Shown: positions 19,664 through 30,427, counted from the first letter of the stretch. The stretch is DNA of 64,000 bases from an uncultured Pseudomonadales bacterium (GCA_964393205.1 CAYMSV010000001.1:5841-69840), one strand, 5' to 3'. Translations and numbers: made by a program. The notes: generated from the sequence alone by a model not told the origin.

Positions 19664-20380
19664 ATGGAGAAAGGGATTGAGCTAATTGATCTCAGCTACC
19701 ACTCTTGGGTTTTTTTATGGGATTCCAATGAAGAACGGGCCATTAACTTTGGCCAGGAAGCGCTGGATTGGTGGCAGTGGTACAGACAAGATCAGGGCAA
19801 TGAACACTGGCAACTAATTTTTCCTCTGAAGGCTGGTATTTTGCAGTCAAAGTGGGCTTTGGAGCAGGTTTTGAGGCAAGAGCTTGCTTCAGATCAAATT
19901 AAATTTAAAGAGGCCAAACGCCTTCAAGTCTTAGTAGCTAGCGCTAACAGTGATTTAGAGAAAGAGCTGATTAAGCGACTATTTACTCAAGTTTTTTTAA
20001 AGCCAACTACAATAATTAATCGAGCAGAATTTTTGAATAATTATCTAAAACAAAAACAAGATTTTTCTAAATTAAAATTAATTATAGATATAAATTTAGA
20101 TTTCGCCGAGTTATCTCTATTTTTAGCTGATAAAAAATTGAAAAGTAAACATTTGGCTTTTAGCAAAAACCTAGATGAAGCAGTTTTGATTAAGCGCCTT
20201 AAGGCTGTTTTAGATATGTTTGTTTTAAATGTACCAATTAACTTATTTCAAGAAAAATGGCAATACTTTTACCTTTTCCTTCATCAAGATATGGGAAAAT
20301 CCTTAATTCTAGAGGCTCTTAGTCGACACTTAAAAATGGAGGGTATTCTCAATCAAGAAACACCCAGCAACTATGTTTAA
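19664..20380 (+). CDS. Degenerate, truncated MreB-like protein
   Basis: Occupies the mreB position before mreC. Residual motifs IDLS, IFPLKAGIL, SDLEK, IIDINLDFAELSL align to MreB IDLG, IRPLKDGVI, TEVEK, VVDIGGGTTEVAV. Confidence 0.55.
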   Translation: MEKGIELIDLSYHSWVFLWDSNEERAINFGQEALDWWQWYRQDQGNEHWQLIFPLKAGILQSKWALEQVLRQELASDQIKFKEAKRLQVLVASANSDLEKELIKRLFTQVFLKPTTIINRAEFLNNYLKQKQDFSKLKLIIDINLDFAELSLFLADKKLKSKHLAFSKNLDEAVLIKRLKAVLDMFVLNVPINLFQEKWQYFYLFLHQDMGKSLILEALSRHLKMEGILNQETPSNYV

Positions 20381-21140
20381 TTATCAAAAAGTGACCCGTT
20401 ATCTTGTTCTAAGTGGTTTAATTGTTTTTATTTTGTTATTAGATTTTTTGGGTTTTTTAAGCTTGACTAGATTGCGTAATGTCATAGTTAATTGGCAAGC
20501 ACGTAATTATCAAGTTGTGCTTAAACTAACTCAGCCAGTTAGTAAATTACGTCAATTTTGGAAATTGCGGCAAAAATTGGAAGATTTAGAATATCGTTAT
20601 CGAGAAAGTTCGGTGCAACTTACTGAGCTAGAAGCTTTGCGTGAAGAAAATCAAGCTTTAAAAAAACTAATAGAGAACACTGATCGTGGATTAGAAAAAA
20701 ATTTAATTGCTCGGCCCATTAGCTCTTTTGCTAAACCAGTATTGGCAATTAGCAGTGATAGTGGTGTGCAAATTGGCTCAGTGGTTTTAGGTGAGGGGAG
20801 TTTATTAGGTTTGATTGAAGACTTCAGTCATCAACAGGCACGAGTTTTGTTACTTAAAGACATGTTGAACCAGGGTATAGTAGCTAAAACAGAGTCAGGT
20901 GCAAGAGGTATTGTAAAAGGTGATGGTAAAAATATCTTATTGACTGAAGTTGCTAGTGAGGCAGAACTTAATCTACGAGACAGAGTGTTAACGCTTGGTC
21001 AAGAAGGGATAGCAGCTGACATTTTTATTGGTAGGATCGCTAGTTTGAAAAATGTTGATTCAGCAAAAGCTACTCAAGAGGCAATCTTACAACAGGATGT
21101 TAGTTTTCATGAATTGAGCTTAGTGGAGGTTCAGCCATGA
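20373..21140 (+). CDS. mreC: Rod shape-determining protein MreC
   Basis: TM, coiled coil LREENQALKKL, beta domain (LLGLI, GIVKGDG, DRVLTLG, IFIGRI). Confidence 0.88.
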   Translation: MFNYQKVTRYLVLSGLIVFILLLDFLGFLSLTRLRNVIVNWQARNYQVVLKLTQPVSKLRQFWKLRQKLEDLEYRYRESSVQLTELEALREENQALKKLIENTDRGLEKNLIARPISSFAKPVLAISSDSGVQIGSVVLGEGSLLGLIEDFSHQQARVLLLKDMLNQGIVAKTESGARGIVKGDGKNILLTEVASEAELNLRDRVLTLGQEGIAADIFIGRIASLKNVDSAKATQEAILQQDVSFHELSLVEVQP

Positions 21141-21580
21141 TTTATCTCAATCGATTATTACAAGTTCTTCTCTTAGTTTTTTTATTGAGTATTGAGTCAA
21201 CATTATCTTTACCCATTTTCTCTCTCTTTTTAGCTTTTAGATTAATAGATAAATTTAATTATAGAGATGAGGAAAGTTTTTATTTAATTATTTCTTCTAT
21301 TTTATTGCTTGTTTTAGCTATAGCCTTGTTTTATCAATTAAGTATGAGTAGTAGTTTACTTATTATTGCTATCTATTATTTTTTTCGAAGCTTAATTGGC
21401 AATAAAGTTTTTGCTAAAAATTTTCAACAGTGGCAACTATTACAATTGTTGCTGTTTGCCATTTTACAACTTACGATTTTTTTCTTATCTAATTTAAGCT
21501 TTAACATATTTATGTTTTTACAGGGTTTAATTATTTTTGTTTTACTTTTTTTTAAAATTAGTGCTGTAGGTAAATTATGA
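21137..21580 (+). CDS. MreD-like membrane protein
   Basis: Highly hydrophobic 147 aa between mreC and the PBP2 gene (positional call). Confidence 0.55.
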   Translation: MIYLNRLLQVLLLVFLLSIESTLSLPIFSLFLAFRLIDKFNYRDEESFYLIISSILLLVLAIALFYQLSMSSSLLIIAIYYFFRSLIGNKVFAKNFQQWQLLQLLLFAILQLTIFFLSNLSFNIFMFLQGLIIFVLLFFKISAVGKL

Positions 21581-23427
21581 AAAAAAATAGATTTATCTAT
21601 GGAGATCGCCAAAAACTGTTTTTTTGCTGTACTCTTTTAGTATCTATTTTTGTTTTACTTTTAGCTCGTTTAATTGATTTGCAATTGGTTCGGGGACAAG
21701 TATTGGCTGAATTAGCTAATCAGAACCGTTATTTTTCTAAGAATTATCTGGTTGAGCGAGCTTTGATTTTTGATCGTTATCAACAACCTTTAGTTAAAAA
21801 CCGTCCTAATTATTATTTGCTTTCAGACCCTCATCAACTCTATAGTCAACAAGAACTAATAGATCATGATCAGGCTTTATTTATGATGGCTACTGATAGC
21901 GCTTCACTTGAGCGAGATTTTTCTAGGATTTATACTTATCCTCAAACTTTAGCCCATGTTTTAGGTTACGTGACGGGGATTACGGCTGATGATTTAGTCG
22001 AAAATAAACAATTAAATTTTGCTGAACAATTTGGTCGCACAGGTTTGGAAAGATTTTTTGATAATTCACTACGAGCTACTCCAGGAACCGAAGTTTTTGA
22101 GGTAGATGCGCTGGGATATAAACAACAACTAGTCAGTAAAACAGAGGCTTTTTTTGGCAGTAATCTTTTTAGTAGTCTTGATCCTTTTTTATCAGAAGTG
22201 GCTTATCAAGCTTTGGCAGACAGAAAAGGTGCAGTGGTGATCATGGATGCGCAGACTGGCCAAATCTTAACTTTGATTAGTAGTCCTAGTTTTGATCCTA
22301 ATTTGTTTGAAAAAGTTCGTTTAGCACGTCTAGCAGACCAGCCAAATTCTGAGGAGCAAAAAGAATTGCTTGCTCAAATACAAGATGACAGACAATTATT
22401 TTTTAATCGGGCTGTCAGTGGTAACTATCCTCCTGGTTCAGTTTTTAAACTAATAACTGCTTTAGCAGCTTTGGAAGAGGGAGTTCTTGACCAATCAACT
22501 ACCGTTTTAGATGAAGGGGTGTTGGAGGTGGGCGAATATCAATATGCAAACTGGTATTACACTCAATATGGTCGAGCTGAAGGTGAAATTAATTTACTAA
22601 GAGCTATTATTCGTAGCAATGACATTTTCTTTTATAAAGCGGCAGAGTGGCTTGGTCCTCAAAAATTAGCAGAATACTCAAGGATTTTCGGCTTGGGTAA
22701 GGCAACAGGTATCGAGTTACATGGAGAAGCACTGGGTTTAGTACCTGATCCTAGTTGGAAAGAAGAGCATTTCGGAGAAAAGTGGTTTTTAGGTAATACT
22801 TATCATTTTGGCATTGGTCAAGGAGATGTATTAGTTAGTCCTTTACAATTAACTCAAGTTTTTCAAGCTTTGAGTAATGGTGGAGTGATGTGTCGGCCAA
22901 CCTTGTTAATGAGTGTTAAAGAGTGTCAAGATCTATCTTTTGAAGAAGAAAATTTAGATTTAATTAGTCAAGCTCTATTAGGTGTAGCTCAGGAAGGAGG
23001 GACAGCTTTTCCTCTATTTGATTATAATCAGATCTTGTCCTCAACTTTGAGGAGTAGATTGGGAGAACAAGTTTTTGAAAGTTTGAGCGCTAAAGAAAAA
23101 ATCAGAGCTGGAATGGTAGCAGGTAAAACTGGAACTTCGGAGTTTGGTGGTGTTGATCAACGTGGATATCGTGCCACCCACGCCTGGTTTTCTAGCGTAG
23201 TAGGTTTAAATAAGCAATTAATTTTAGACCATTGGCAAGAATTAGGTTTAGAGAATGCTAGCCCAGAACAAGAGCTTTGGTTGGAGGCTTTGGCTGATAA
23301 TCAATTACCTAAGGAGATAGTTATCACTGTTTTGGTTGAAAGTGATGAAGATGTCAAATATCGAGAAGGTTCGGCTGATGCAGCACCAGTTGTTAGAGAA
23401 ATTTTAGAGTGGATGACTGGTTTCTAG
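21577..23427 (+). CDS. mrdA: Class B penicillin-binding protein (PBP2)
   Basis: R.Y, G.TGLE, FNRA, PGSVFK (SxxK), SND (SxN variant), GKTGT. Confidence 0.9.
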   Translation: MKKNRFIYGDRQKLFFCCTLLVSIFVLLLARLIDLQLVRGQVLAELANQNRYFSKNYLVERALIFDRYQQPLVKNRPNYYLLSDPHQLYSQQELIDHDQALFMMATDSASLERDFSRIYTYPQTLAHVLGYVTGITADDLVENKQLNFAEQFGRTGLERFFDNSLRATPGTEVFEVDALGYKQQLVSKTEAFFGSNLFSSLDPFLSEVAYQALADRKGAVVIMDAQTGQILTLISSPSFDPNLFEKVRLARLADQPNSEEQKELLAQIQDDRQLFFNRAVSGNYPPGSVFKLITALAALEEGVLDQSTTVLDEGVLEVGEYQYANWYYTQYGRAEGEINLLRAIIRSNDIFFYKAAEWLGPQKLAEYSRIFGLGKATGIELHGEALGLVPDPSWKEEHFGEKWFLGNTYHFGIGQGDVLVSPLQLTQVFQALSNGGVMCRPTLLMSVKECQDLSFEEENLDLISQALLGVAQEGGTAFPLFDYNQILSSTLRSRLGEQVFESLSAKEKIRAGMVAGKTGTSEFGGVDQRGYRATHAWFSSVVGLNKQLILDHWQELGLENASPEQELWLEALADNQLPKEIVITVLVESDEDVKYREGSADAAPVVREILEWMTGF

Positions 23428-23479
23428 GTTTCAAGTTTACGATGTTAACTTAATTGTCATTTCTATTTTTTATTATTCT

Positions 23480-24643
23480 TTGATGTCTCAATTTAGCAAA
23501 AGTCATTTAACTGCTCTGTGGTCAGTGAAGGGCATAGGGCTCATGAGTTTTAAACGCTGTTTATTTGAGCAGAAGAAAAACCGAATTAGTGATGAAGATT
23601 TTTGGGTGAACAGAGAGGGGGTATGGCAAAAATCATCGCTGTCTAAAAGACAGGTAGAATCAATTAAAAAATTCAAAAAAGAACATAATTTTACTAATTA
23701 TTATCATACATTAAAAACTAAAAAAGTTCGGGTGCTTTTAGATAGGGATAGAAATTATCCGCCCTTGCTTAAAATGATTGCTCAGGCACCCCCAGTTTTA
23801 TTTGTAAAATCTAATCAAAAGTTGAGTGCAAATTTTTGGCAGAAGCTGTTTTTGTCGGTGGTTGGCACGAGGCGAATTACTAGTTATGGACGTTTAGTGA
23901 GTAAAACATTACTGCGAGATATTATTAGATCTAGTCAGGCTAAATTAGTCTCTGGTTTTATGTATGGAGTTGATGTGGAAGCTATGAAAATAGCTCATCA
24001 ATTAACTCAAGCAATAGGTATTTTAGGTTACGGATTTGATTATTGTTACCCGAGACACCAGCAATCACTAATGGAGAAAATGCTTGAGGAGGGGGCTGTT
24101 TTCCTTAGCGAATACCCTCCAACTACTCAACCGAGTGCGGGCAGTTTTGTTCAGAGAAACAGGATTATTGCTGGTTTAGCGCAAGCAGTGATGATTATTG
24201 AAGCAGCCGAGAACAGTGGCAGCCTAATTACTGCTCAAAATGCCCTAGATGAAGGACGAACAATTTTAGCGGTGCCTGGTCCAATTAGTAATCCCTATTC
24301 TCGAGCTTGTCACAAGTTGATTCAAGAAGGAGCTCATTTAGTTGCCAGTGTTGAGGATTTTTATTCAGCTCTTCATTTAGTTAAGGAGAAGGCTTGTTTG
24401 TCAGCAAATGATCAGGAGCAAGATCAAACACGAAATGAGTTTAAAACTCATTTTGTAACAGCTTTGTCAGTTCAAGAAGAAAAAATAATAAAAGCTTTAC
24501 GTAATCAGGGAACAGCTCTCTCTTTTGATCAATTAGCTCAATCAAATTCTTATAAACATGGAGAGTTAGCAGAATGGCTTTTACAGTTACAAATCAAAAA
24601 AATTATTAAACAGGAGGGGCAAAATTACATCTTAAAAAGCTAA
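23480..24643 (+). CDS. dprA: DNA-processing protein DprA
   Basis: YPPLLK, VVGTR, SGFMYGVD, SEYPP, RNRIIAGL, SGSLITA, AVPG motifs. Confidence 0.95.
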   Translation: MMSQFSKSHLTALWSVKGIGLMSFKRCLFEQKKNRISDEDFWVNREGVWQKSSLSKRQVESIKKFKKEHNFTNYYHTLKTKKVRVLLDRDRNYPPLLKMIAQAPPVLFVKSNQKLSANFWQKLFLSVVGTRRITSYGRLVSKTLLRDIIRSSQAKLVSGFMYGVDVEAMKIAHQLTQAIGILGYGFDYCYPRHQQSLMEKMLEEGAVFLSEYPPTTQPSAGSFVQRNRIIAGLAQAVMIIEAAENSGSLITAQNALDEGRTILAVPGPISNPYSRACHKLIQEGAHLVASVEDFYSALHLVKEKACLSANDQEQDQTRNEFKTHFVTALSVQEEKIIKALRNQGTALSFDQLAQSNSYKHGELAEWLLQLQIKKIIKQEGQNYILKS

Positions 24644-24737
24644 GCTACAGTTGCTTTTTTTTCCTTAATCCTTTTAAAATGAGGGCTTAGCGCTTGCATT
24701 GATCACTATAATAGACAAGCAGTAAAAGAAAATCATT

Positions 24738-26969
24738 ATGGATTTAGTTATTGTTGAATCACCCACCAAGGCCAGGAAGCTCAAGTCATATTTGGGCAAG
24801 GACTTTGTGATAGAGGCATCTGTTGGTCATGTTAGAGATTTGCCTAAGAAAAATTTGGGAATCGATTTGGAAAACAATTATCAGCCGGTTTATGAGGTAA
24901 GTGATGATAAAAAAAAGGTAGTGAGTAAGCTTCGTGGCTTGGCTAGAGAAGCCAAAAATGTTTATTTAGCGATGGATCCAGATCGTGAAGGAGAGGCGAT
25001 TGCTTGGCACATTCAATATTTATTGGAAAATGATCGGGCAATGAAGAAAAAGGATAAAGTAGATCGTAGTTTTTTACGTTCTACCTTTCATGAGATCACT
25101 AAGCCAGCAGTTATTAAAGCGATTAATAAGCCAGGAACTATTAATATAGATTTGGTCGATGCTCAACAAGCAAGAAGAATTTTGGATCGTTTAGTTGGTT
25201 ACAAAGTATCACCAGTTTTATGGAAAAAGGTCAGGCGAGGTTTATCTGCTGGACGAGTCCAGTCAGTAGCGTTGCGACTCATTGTAGAGAGAGAAAGAGA
25301 AATTGAAGCTTTTAAAAGCGAAGAGTATTGGGAATTCGCTGTCGCACTAGCGATTCCAGATCATTTTAAGCAAGAAGAGCTGGATAAATTACGTCAAAAA
25401 GAAGCTATTTTTCTTGAAAATAGACCAAAAGATGATTTAGCTAAAGAAATTTTATTATTATCAGTAGAAAAATTAGAAGATAAAAAATTAAAAATTGATA
25501 ATGAAGCTCAGGCCAAAGAAGTTATTAAAGACTTAGATGAGGCAAGCTATAAAGTTAAAGATTTAAATCAGGTTGAAAGACGTCGTCAAAGTTTACCTCC
25601 ATTCACTACTTCACTGCTACAACAGACTGCAGCCAACCGTTTTGGTTTTAGTGCTAGTCAGACCATGAGTTTAGCCCAGCGTCTTTATGAAGAAGGTTTA
25701 ATTACCTATCATCGTACTGATGCCTTTTATTTAGCTAAAAGTGCAGTGGAATCGGCACGTCAATATATTGCTCAAGAATTTGGTCAAGAATACTTGCCAA
25801 GTAAAGCACGCCACTTTAGTAAAAAAAGTAAGAACTCTCAAGAAGCTCACGAAGCAATTCGAGCCACGGACTTGAGTATTACAAAAGACAATGTTGGTCA
25901 AAAAACTAGTAAATTAACTGCTAATCACATCAAGCTCTATGATTTAATTTGGAGAAGATTTTTAGCTTCACAAATGAGTGAAGCTGTTTATGATCAAACC
26001 ACTATTTTGGTAAGTGCTACTCCTAAGAATAGTGACAAAGAATACGAACTAAAAGTTGTTGGTTCTGTTATGAGATTTCCTGGTTGGCGACGCTTGTTTA
26101 ATCAAAAAAGCGATCTGTTGTTGCCGGAAGTTAAGGTTGATCAAAAATTGCATTATCTAGCTCAATGCCCAATGCAAAAATTTACTCAACCACCAGCTAG
26201 ATACAACGACGCATCTTTGGTTAAAGAATTAGAAAAAAGAGGCATTGGTCGTCCTAGTACTTATGCCTCCATCATTTCAGTGATTAGACAAAGAGGTTAC
26301 GTAGAAAGACAAAATCGTAGATTTTTTGCTACACCAATCGGTACAACGGTTAGTGATTTTTTACTAAAACACTTCACGGTATTGATGGACTATGATTTTA
26401 CTGCCACGATAGAAGAAAGTTTAGACAAAATAGCTGAGGGGAAAAAAGTTTGGACGAAAGTGGTTGACCTTTTTTATCAACCATTAGCTAAGAAAATTGA
26501 ATCAGTGAGTAAAGAAGCAGATAGAGTAGCAGTGCCAGTTGAAAAAACCGGCGAAAGTTGTCCCGATTGCGCCAAATTAGTCAAAGCTGGCGAGCTAGAA
26601 GCTAAAGAAGCAGGAGAAATAGTCATTCGTTCTGGTCGTTTTGGTAAGTTTAAGAGCTGTAGTCGTTTTCCAGATTGTAAATATACTGAAAACTTAGTTG
26701 AAAAACTGGGTGATCAACTTTGTCCTCTGTGTGGGAAGGGTGATATTATCATTAAAAACACTCGTTGGGGCAAATCTTTTTATGGTTGCTCTGATTATCC
26801 AAAATGTACATGGGCTTCTTGGAAAAAGCCAGAACCTGGATATAAGTTAAGTCAGGCTGAGTGGGAAGAAATTCAGGCCAAGCGGGCTGCTTGGAAGGCT
26901 AAACGAGCTAAAGGTAAAAGTAAAAAAACTACAACTAAGAAGGCTAGTAAAAAGAAAAAATCTTCATGA
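24738..26969 (+). CDS. topA: DNA topoisomerase I
   Basis: VESPTKA, DPDREGEAI, SAGRVQS, ITYHRTD, GIGRPSTY, Zn ribbons, Lys-rich tail. Confidence 0.98.
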   Translation: MDLVIVESPTKARKLKSYLGKDFVIEASVGHVRDLPKKNLGIDLENNYQPVYEVSDDKKKVVSKLRGLAREAKNVYLAMDPDREGEAIAWHIQYLLENDRAMKKKDKVDRSFLRSTFHEITKPAVIKAINKPGTINIDLVDAQQARRILDRLVGYKVSPVLWKKVRRGLSAGRVQSVALRLIVEREREIEAFKSEEYWEFAVALAIPDHFKQEELDKLRQKEAIFLENRPKDDLAKEILLLSVEKLEDKKLKIDNEAQAKEVIKDLDEASYKVKDLNQVERRRQSLPPFTTSLLQQTAANRFGFSASQTMSLAQRLYEEGLITYHRTDAFYLAKSAVESARQYIAQEFGQEYLPSKARHFSKKSKNSQEAHEAIRATDLSITKDNVGQKTSKLTANHIKLYDLIWRRFLASQMSEAVYDQTTILVSATPKNSDKEYELKVVGSVMRFPGWRRLFNQKSDLLLPEVKVDQKLHYLAQCPMQKFTQPPARYNDASLVKELEKRGIGRPSTYASIISVIRQRGYVERQNRRFFATPIGTTVSDFLLKHFTVLMDYDFTATIEESLDKIAEGKKVWTKVVDLFYQPLAKKIESVSKEADRVAVPVEKTGESCPDCAKLVKAGELEAKEAGEIVIRSGRFGKFKSCSRFPDCKYTENLVEKLGDQLCPLCGKGDIIIKNTRWGKSFYGCSDYPKCTWASWKKPEPGYKLSQAEWEEIQAKRAAWKAKRAKGKSKKTTTKKASKKKKSS

Positions 26970-27574
26970 AAGTAGTGCTTTTTGGTGGAAGTTTTAACCC
27001 TCCTCATCTTGGTCATCAACAAATGGTCAAATCAGTATTGGAAATGGGACTGGTTGATCAAATTTGGTATTTGCCAGTGGGTAAACACGATTTTGACAAA
27101 AATGTTGTTGCGGCTGATCGGCGCCTAGAAATGCTCGAGCTTATTTTACCCAAAGCAGGAGAGGAGTTCTTTAATCAAATAAAAATTGAAGATTGCGAAA
27201 TTCGTTATTTTCAAACTAGTTATACCGCGACCACTCTAGATTATTTAAGTGCTCGCTATCCACAACATCAATTTTCTTTTTTAATGGGTAGTGACAATTT
27301 GGCTAAATTTCATCTTTGGTACGATCAATTGGGTAGGGATTATCAGTATCTGCTCAATAATTATCCAACCTATGTTTATCCAAGAGTGGGTTTTCCTCTC
27401 GAGCCTTTATACAAAAACATGATTCCCTTATCTCAATTAGAAGCAGTTGCTGTTTCTTCTACTCAAGTGAGAGAGGCTTTGGCAAATGCTGGCAAAGAAG
27501 CAGATTTAGCAAAATTACTTGACCAAAAAATTATTAAGTATATTGCGAAACATAATCTATATGCCTCAAGCTAA
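26966..27574 (+). CDS. nadD: NadD-like nicotinate-nucleotide adenylyltransferase
   Basis: FGGSFNPPHLGH, SYT..TL, MGSDNL..W, VSSTQVR, YI..HNLY. Confidence 0.85.
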   Translation: MKVVLFGGSFNPPHLGHQQMVKSVLEMGLVDQIWYLPVGKHDFDKNVVAADRRLEMLELILPKAGEEFFNQIKIEDCEIRYFQTSYTATTLDYLSARYPQHQFSFLMGSDNLAKFHLWYDQLGRDYQYLLNNYPTYVYPRVGFPLEPLYKNMIPLSQLEAVAVSSTQVREALANAGKEADLAKLLDQKIIKYIAKHNLYASS

Positions 27575-27872
27575 ATACCAAATTTACTATCAAAAAATGA
27601 TTGATGATAACCGATCTGCGTTTGATCAATTTGCTAAAATTCATCAGCAATTTGAGCAAGATGAAGAAAAAAATGGAGAAGCTTTTCATCAGTTGGGTAA
27701 AGAAATTTTAGATATTATTCGTGATTATGATCGTCGACTATGTGCAGCTATGGGTCGAGGTATTTATAGTGTTTATTCTGATAAACTTTCTCAAAAGTTT
27801 TGGGATTTAGTCAGAGCAGATTTTTCCAAAATTGATATGGTGGGCGTAAAAATTAAAAAACCCACTAGTTAA
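27561..27872 (+). CDS. Conserved hypothetical protein
   Basis: MPQAKYQ...IIRDYDRRLC..LSQKFW..IDMVGV; start set to ATG 27561. Confidence 0.7.
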   Translation: MPQAKYQIYYQKMIDDNRSAFDQFAKIHQQFEQDEEKNGEAFHQLGKEILDIIRDYDRRLCAAMGRGIYSVYSDKLSQKFWDLVRADFSKIDMVGVKIKKPTS

Positions 27873-27929
27873 TTGTCTGATTTTTATCTGGTTTTGTTTC
27901 TTTAATTAAAATTATGTTATAGTTTCTCT

Positions 27930-28490
27930 ATGAATAAAACAGTGCGCATTATCTTTAATGCTAGCGAAATCAAAGAGATTGTCGACCAAGCTAGAAAAAA
28001 GGGTAAAAAAATTGTTTTAACTCAAGGTTCCTTTGATTTAGTGCACATTGGTCATGCTCGTTATTGTGAAAAAGCCAAATCATACGGGGACTTGTTGATT
28101 GTCGGAGTTGATAGTGATGAAAAAGTAAGAAAGCGCAAAGGTCAACATCGACCAATTGTTCCACAAAACGAAAGAATGGAGATGCTCACTCACTTACGCA
28201 GTGTCGATTATGTGGTGCTGAAAGAATTGAGTGATGCAAAATTTAATCTAATTAAAACGATTAAGCCAGACGTTTTGGTAGCAACCAAAGAAACCTATGA
28301 CATAGAAACAATTCGCAAATTAGAAGAAATATGCGGAAAAATTGTGGTCTTGGAGCCAATGGCAACCACCAGTACCACTGGTAAAATTCGTCTAATGCAG
28401 ATGAATACTGCTAATAAAATTAAAGATAAAATGGCTAGCCAATTAATTAATACAATAGAAGACGTACTAGCAGAATTTAAAGAGGATTAA
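27930..28490 (+). CDS. Cytidylyl/adenylyltransferase (TagD/HldC/RibL-like, HIGH superfamily)
   Basis: GSFDLVHIGH, LIVGVDSD, KG..RP, ER, KPD, STT motifs. Confidence 0.9.
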   Translation: MNKTVRIIFNASEIKEIVDQARKKGKKIVLTQGSFDLVHIGHARYCEKAKSYGDLLIVGVDSDEKVRKRKGQHRPIVPQNERMEMLTHLRSVDYVVLKELSDAKFNLIKTIKPDVLVATKETYDIETIRKLEEICGKIVVLEPMATTSTTGKIRLMQMNTANKIKDKMASQLINTIEDVLAEFKED

Positions 28491-29450
28491 ATGCAAAAAA
28501 GTTTAGCTTTGTATTTGCCCGTTATGCATGAGGGTTATCGCTTGTTTTTAGAAAAAAACAAAGACGCTAGTTTATTGTTTTTATTTGATCGGCAATTTTT
28601 GTCTCAGTGGCCAGCTTTTGAGTATATAAAAAAAGATATTAGGGCTCTAAATAGCCAACTAGTAAAGCAGATGTTGGAGAAAATTTATTCTAATATTGAA
28701 ATTAAAGTGATAAGAAATCAAGAGGATTGGCAAGTTTTTCTAGATAGGGTTGCAAGTGAAAAAAGAGAATGGGTATTGAGCAATGATGATTTGGGAAGAT
28801 ATTTAGCTGAAGAATTTTTAAAAGGGCAGAAGATTTCTTTTGATTCATTCTTTTTACGTTGGGATCGGCCAGCAGTTGAGCAGGCAACACAGTCTAAAAC
28901 AACTTTAGAAAAAGAAAATAAAGTCGCGCTTGACCAAATGATTAGCGCTGATCACTTTGAAAAAGAAATAATGAAAAAGGCTTTTGTGCAAGCTAATTAT
29001 AGTAATGATTGGTGGAGGCAGGTGGGAGTGGTTTTTCTTAAAGATGGCCAAGTATTGATGAGTGCATACAATCAGCATTTACCCAGCCAACAAGAACAAT
29101 ATTTTAGTGGTGATCCACGCACTTTATTTTCCTCTGGAGAAGCCATTGAATTAACAAGTTCTATTCATGCTGAGGCGCTCGCTATCGCTCGCGCTGCTAG
29201 CCAAGGCATTGCCTTAGCTGGAGCAGATTTATTTGTGACCACTTTTCCTTGTCCGATTTGTGCTAAACAAGTAGCTGCGGCTGGTATTAAGAGGCTTTAT
29301 TACAGTCATGGTTACTCGCTGTTAGATGGCGAGCAGGTTTTGACTAGCGCCGGCATAGAAATTATTAAAGTAGAGTTTTCCAAAAAAGAAGAGCAAGAAC
29401 TTGCAGATCAAAAAAATCAGTCTAGCAATTTGAAAAAGCGCTATTCTTGA
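28491..29450 (+). CDS. dCMP deaminase-family protein with N-terminal degenerate nucleotidyltransferase-like domain
   Basis: C-terminal S.DWWRQVG, HAE, PCPIC zinc motifs. N-terminal YLPVMHEGY resembles HxGH. Start abuts the upstream stop (TAAATG). Confidence 0.85.
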   Translation: MQKSLALYLPVMHEGYRLFLEKNKDASLLFLFDRQFLSQWPAFEYIKKDIRALNSQLVKQMLEKIYSNIEIKVIRNQEDWQVFLDRVASEKREWVLSNDDLGRYLAEEFLKGQKISFDSFFLRWDRPAVEQATQSKTTLEKENKVALDQMISADHFEKEIMKKAFVQANYSNDWWRQVGVVFLKDGQVLMSAYNQHLPSQQEQYFSGDPRTLFSSGEAIELTSSIHAEALAIARAASQGIALAGADLFVTTFPCPICAKQVAAAGIKRLYYSHGYSLLDGEQVLTSAGIEIIKVEFSKKEEQELADQKNQSSNLKKRYS

Positions 29451-29485
29451 AGCTATTGATCTAGTGTGATAGATTATACCAATCT

Positions 29486-30424
29486 ATGACGTCCTTGTCC
29501 GAAAAACTTTCATTGGCTAGTTTAGAATTACTAACTCATCCGAAAAAAATAAATAGAGGAATAGAGGCCAGTCAGCGACATTCAGACAAAGAAGAAGATG
29601 CCTGTGATTTACTCTGGCCGAATATTAGTTTAGATCGACAAGTTTTTAAGTCTGTATTAGCTTTGTTAAGTATTGCCAATTGCTTTGAAGACGATAGATT
29701 TAAAAAAGATATTTTACCCACTATAAAGCGTTTGTTAAACAACACTCAACTTTTTAGATTCCTAGCTGATCCAGAAATTATTTTAACCAAAGCTCATCAA
29801 AAAAATGGGCTCAATTCAGCTGAGCATATTTTTAAAGTTTTAGATGAATTACCGACCAAATATTTAGATGATAAACATAAATTAATATTAAGAGTTTTTG
29901 CTCTACATCATGATTTGGGCAAAGCTATCTCGGCTGGTTTGAATAGGGAAGAGCTTGAGCAAGCTTTTTCTCATCAGGCCTACGAAGATACTAGAGATGA
30001 ACAAGGAGTTTTAAAAAATTCTTTTCCTGATCACCAACTCACTTCCGCTTTACTTTTTTTAAGTCTTTATGAAGGGAGAGCTAATCAACTTAAAAGTGAA
30101 CATTTGGGAGAGAAAGAAATAGAATTAATTACTTATTTAATAGCCAATCACCATATTTTTTATAATTTTACTCTTGATTCAGGTTGTGAACAGTTCAAAG
30201 ATTGGCGAGAATTTTTACCAGGAAATAGGCAACAGCAAGAATTACTTTTAGCTTATTTGTTTATTTTCAATTATGCAGATACCAATGCGACTCCCGCTCA
30301 CCACAAATGGTTAAAACCTAATTCTGTATGGATGGAAAGTATCTTAGGTGAACTGGGAACTTTGCCACAGAACTTATGCAAGCAAATTTGTCATATAATA
30401 TTAGGAGAAACAAAAGAAGTTTAG
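29486..30424 (+). CDS. HD-domain phosphohydrolase-like protein
   Basis: H...LHHDLGK...H...HH...AD metal-ligand pattern. Confidence 0.65.
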   Translation: MTSLSEKLSLASLELLTHPKKINRGIEASQRHSDKEEDACDLLWPNISLDRQVFKSVLALLSIANCFEDDRFKKDILPTIKRLLNNTQLFRFLADPEIILTKAHQKNGLNSAEHIFKVLDELPTKYLDDKHKLILRVFALHHDLGKAISAGLNREELEQAFSHQAYEDTRDEQGVLKNSFPDHQLTSALLFLSLYEGRANQLKSEHLGEKEIELITYLIANHHIFYNFTLDSGCEQFKDWREFLPGNRQQQELLLAYLFIFNYADTNATPAHHKWLKPNSVWMESILGELGTLPQNLCKQICHIILGETKEV

Positions 30425-30427
30425 TTA

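Noticed and set aside
28491-29450. AvcD/dCTP-deaminase anti-phage system
   Set aside because: The N-terminal domain has no P-loop, and the upstream region is a coding gene rather than an AvcI-like sRNA.
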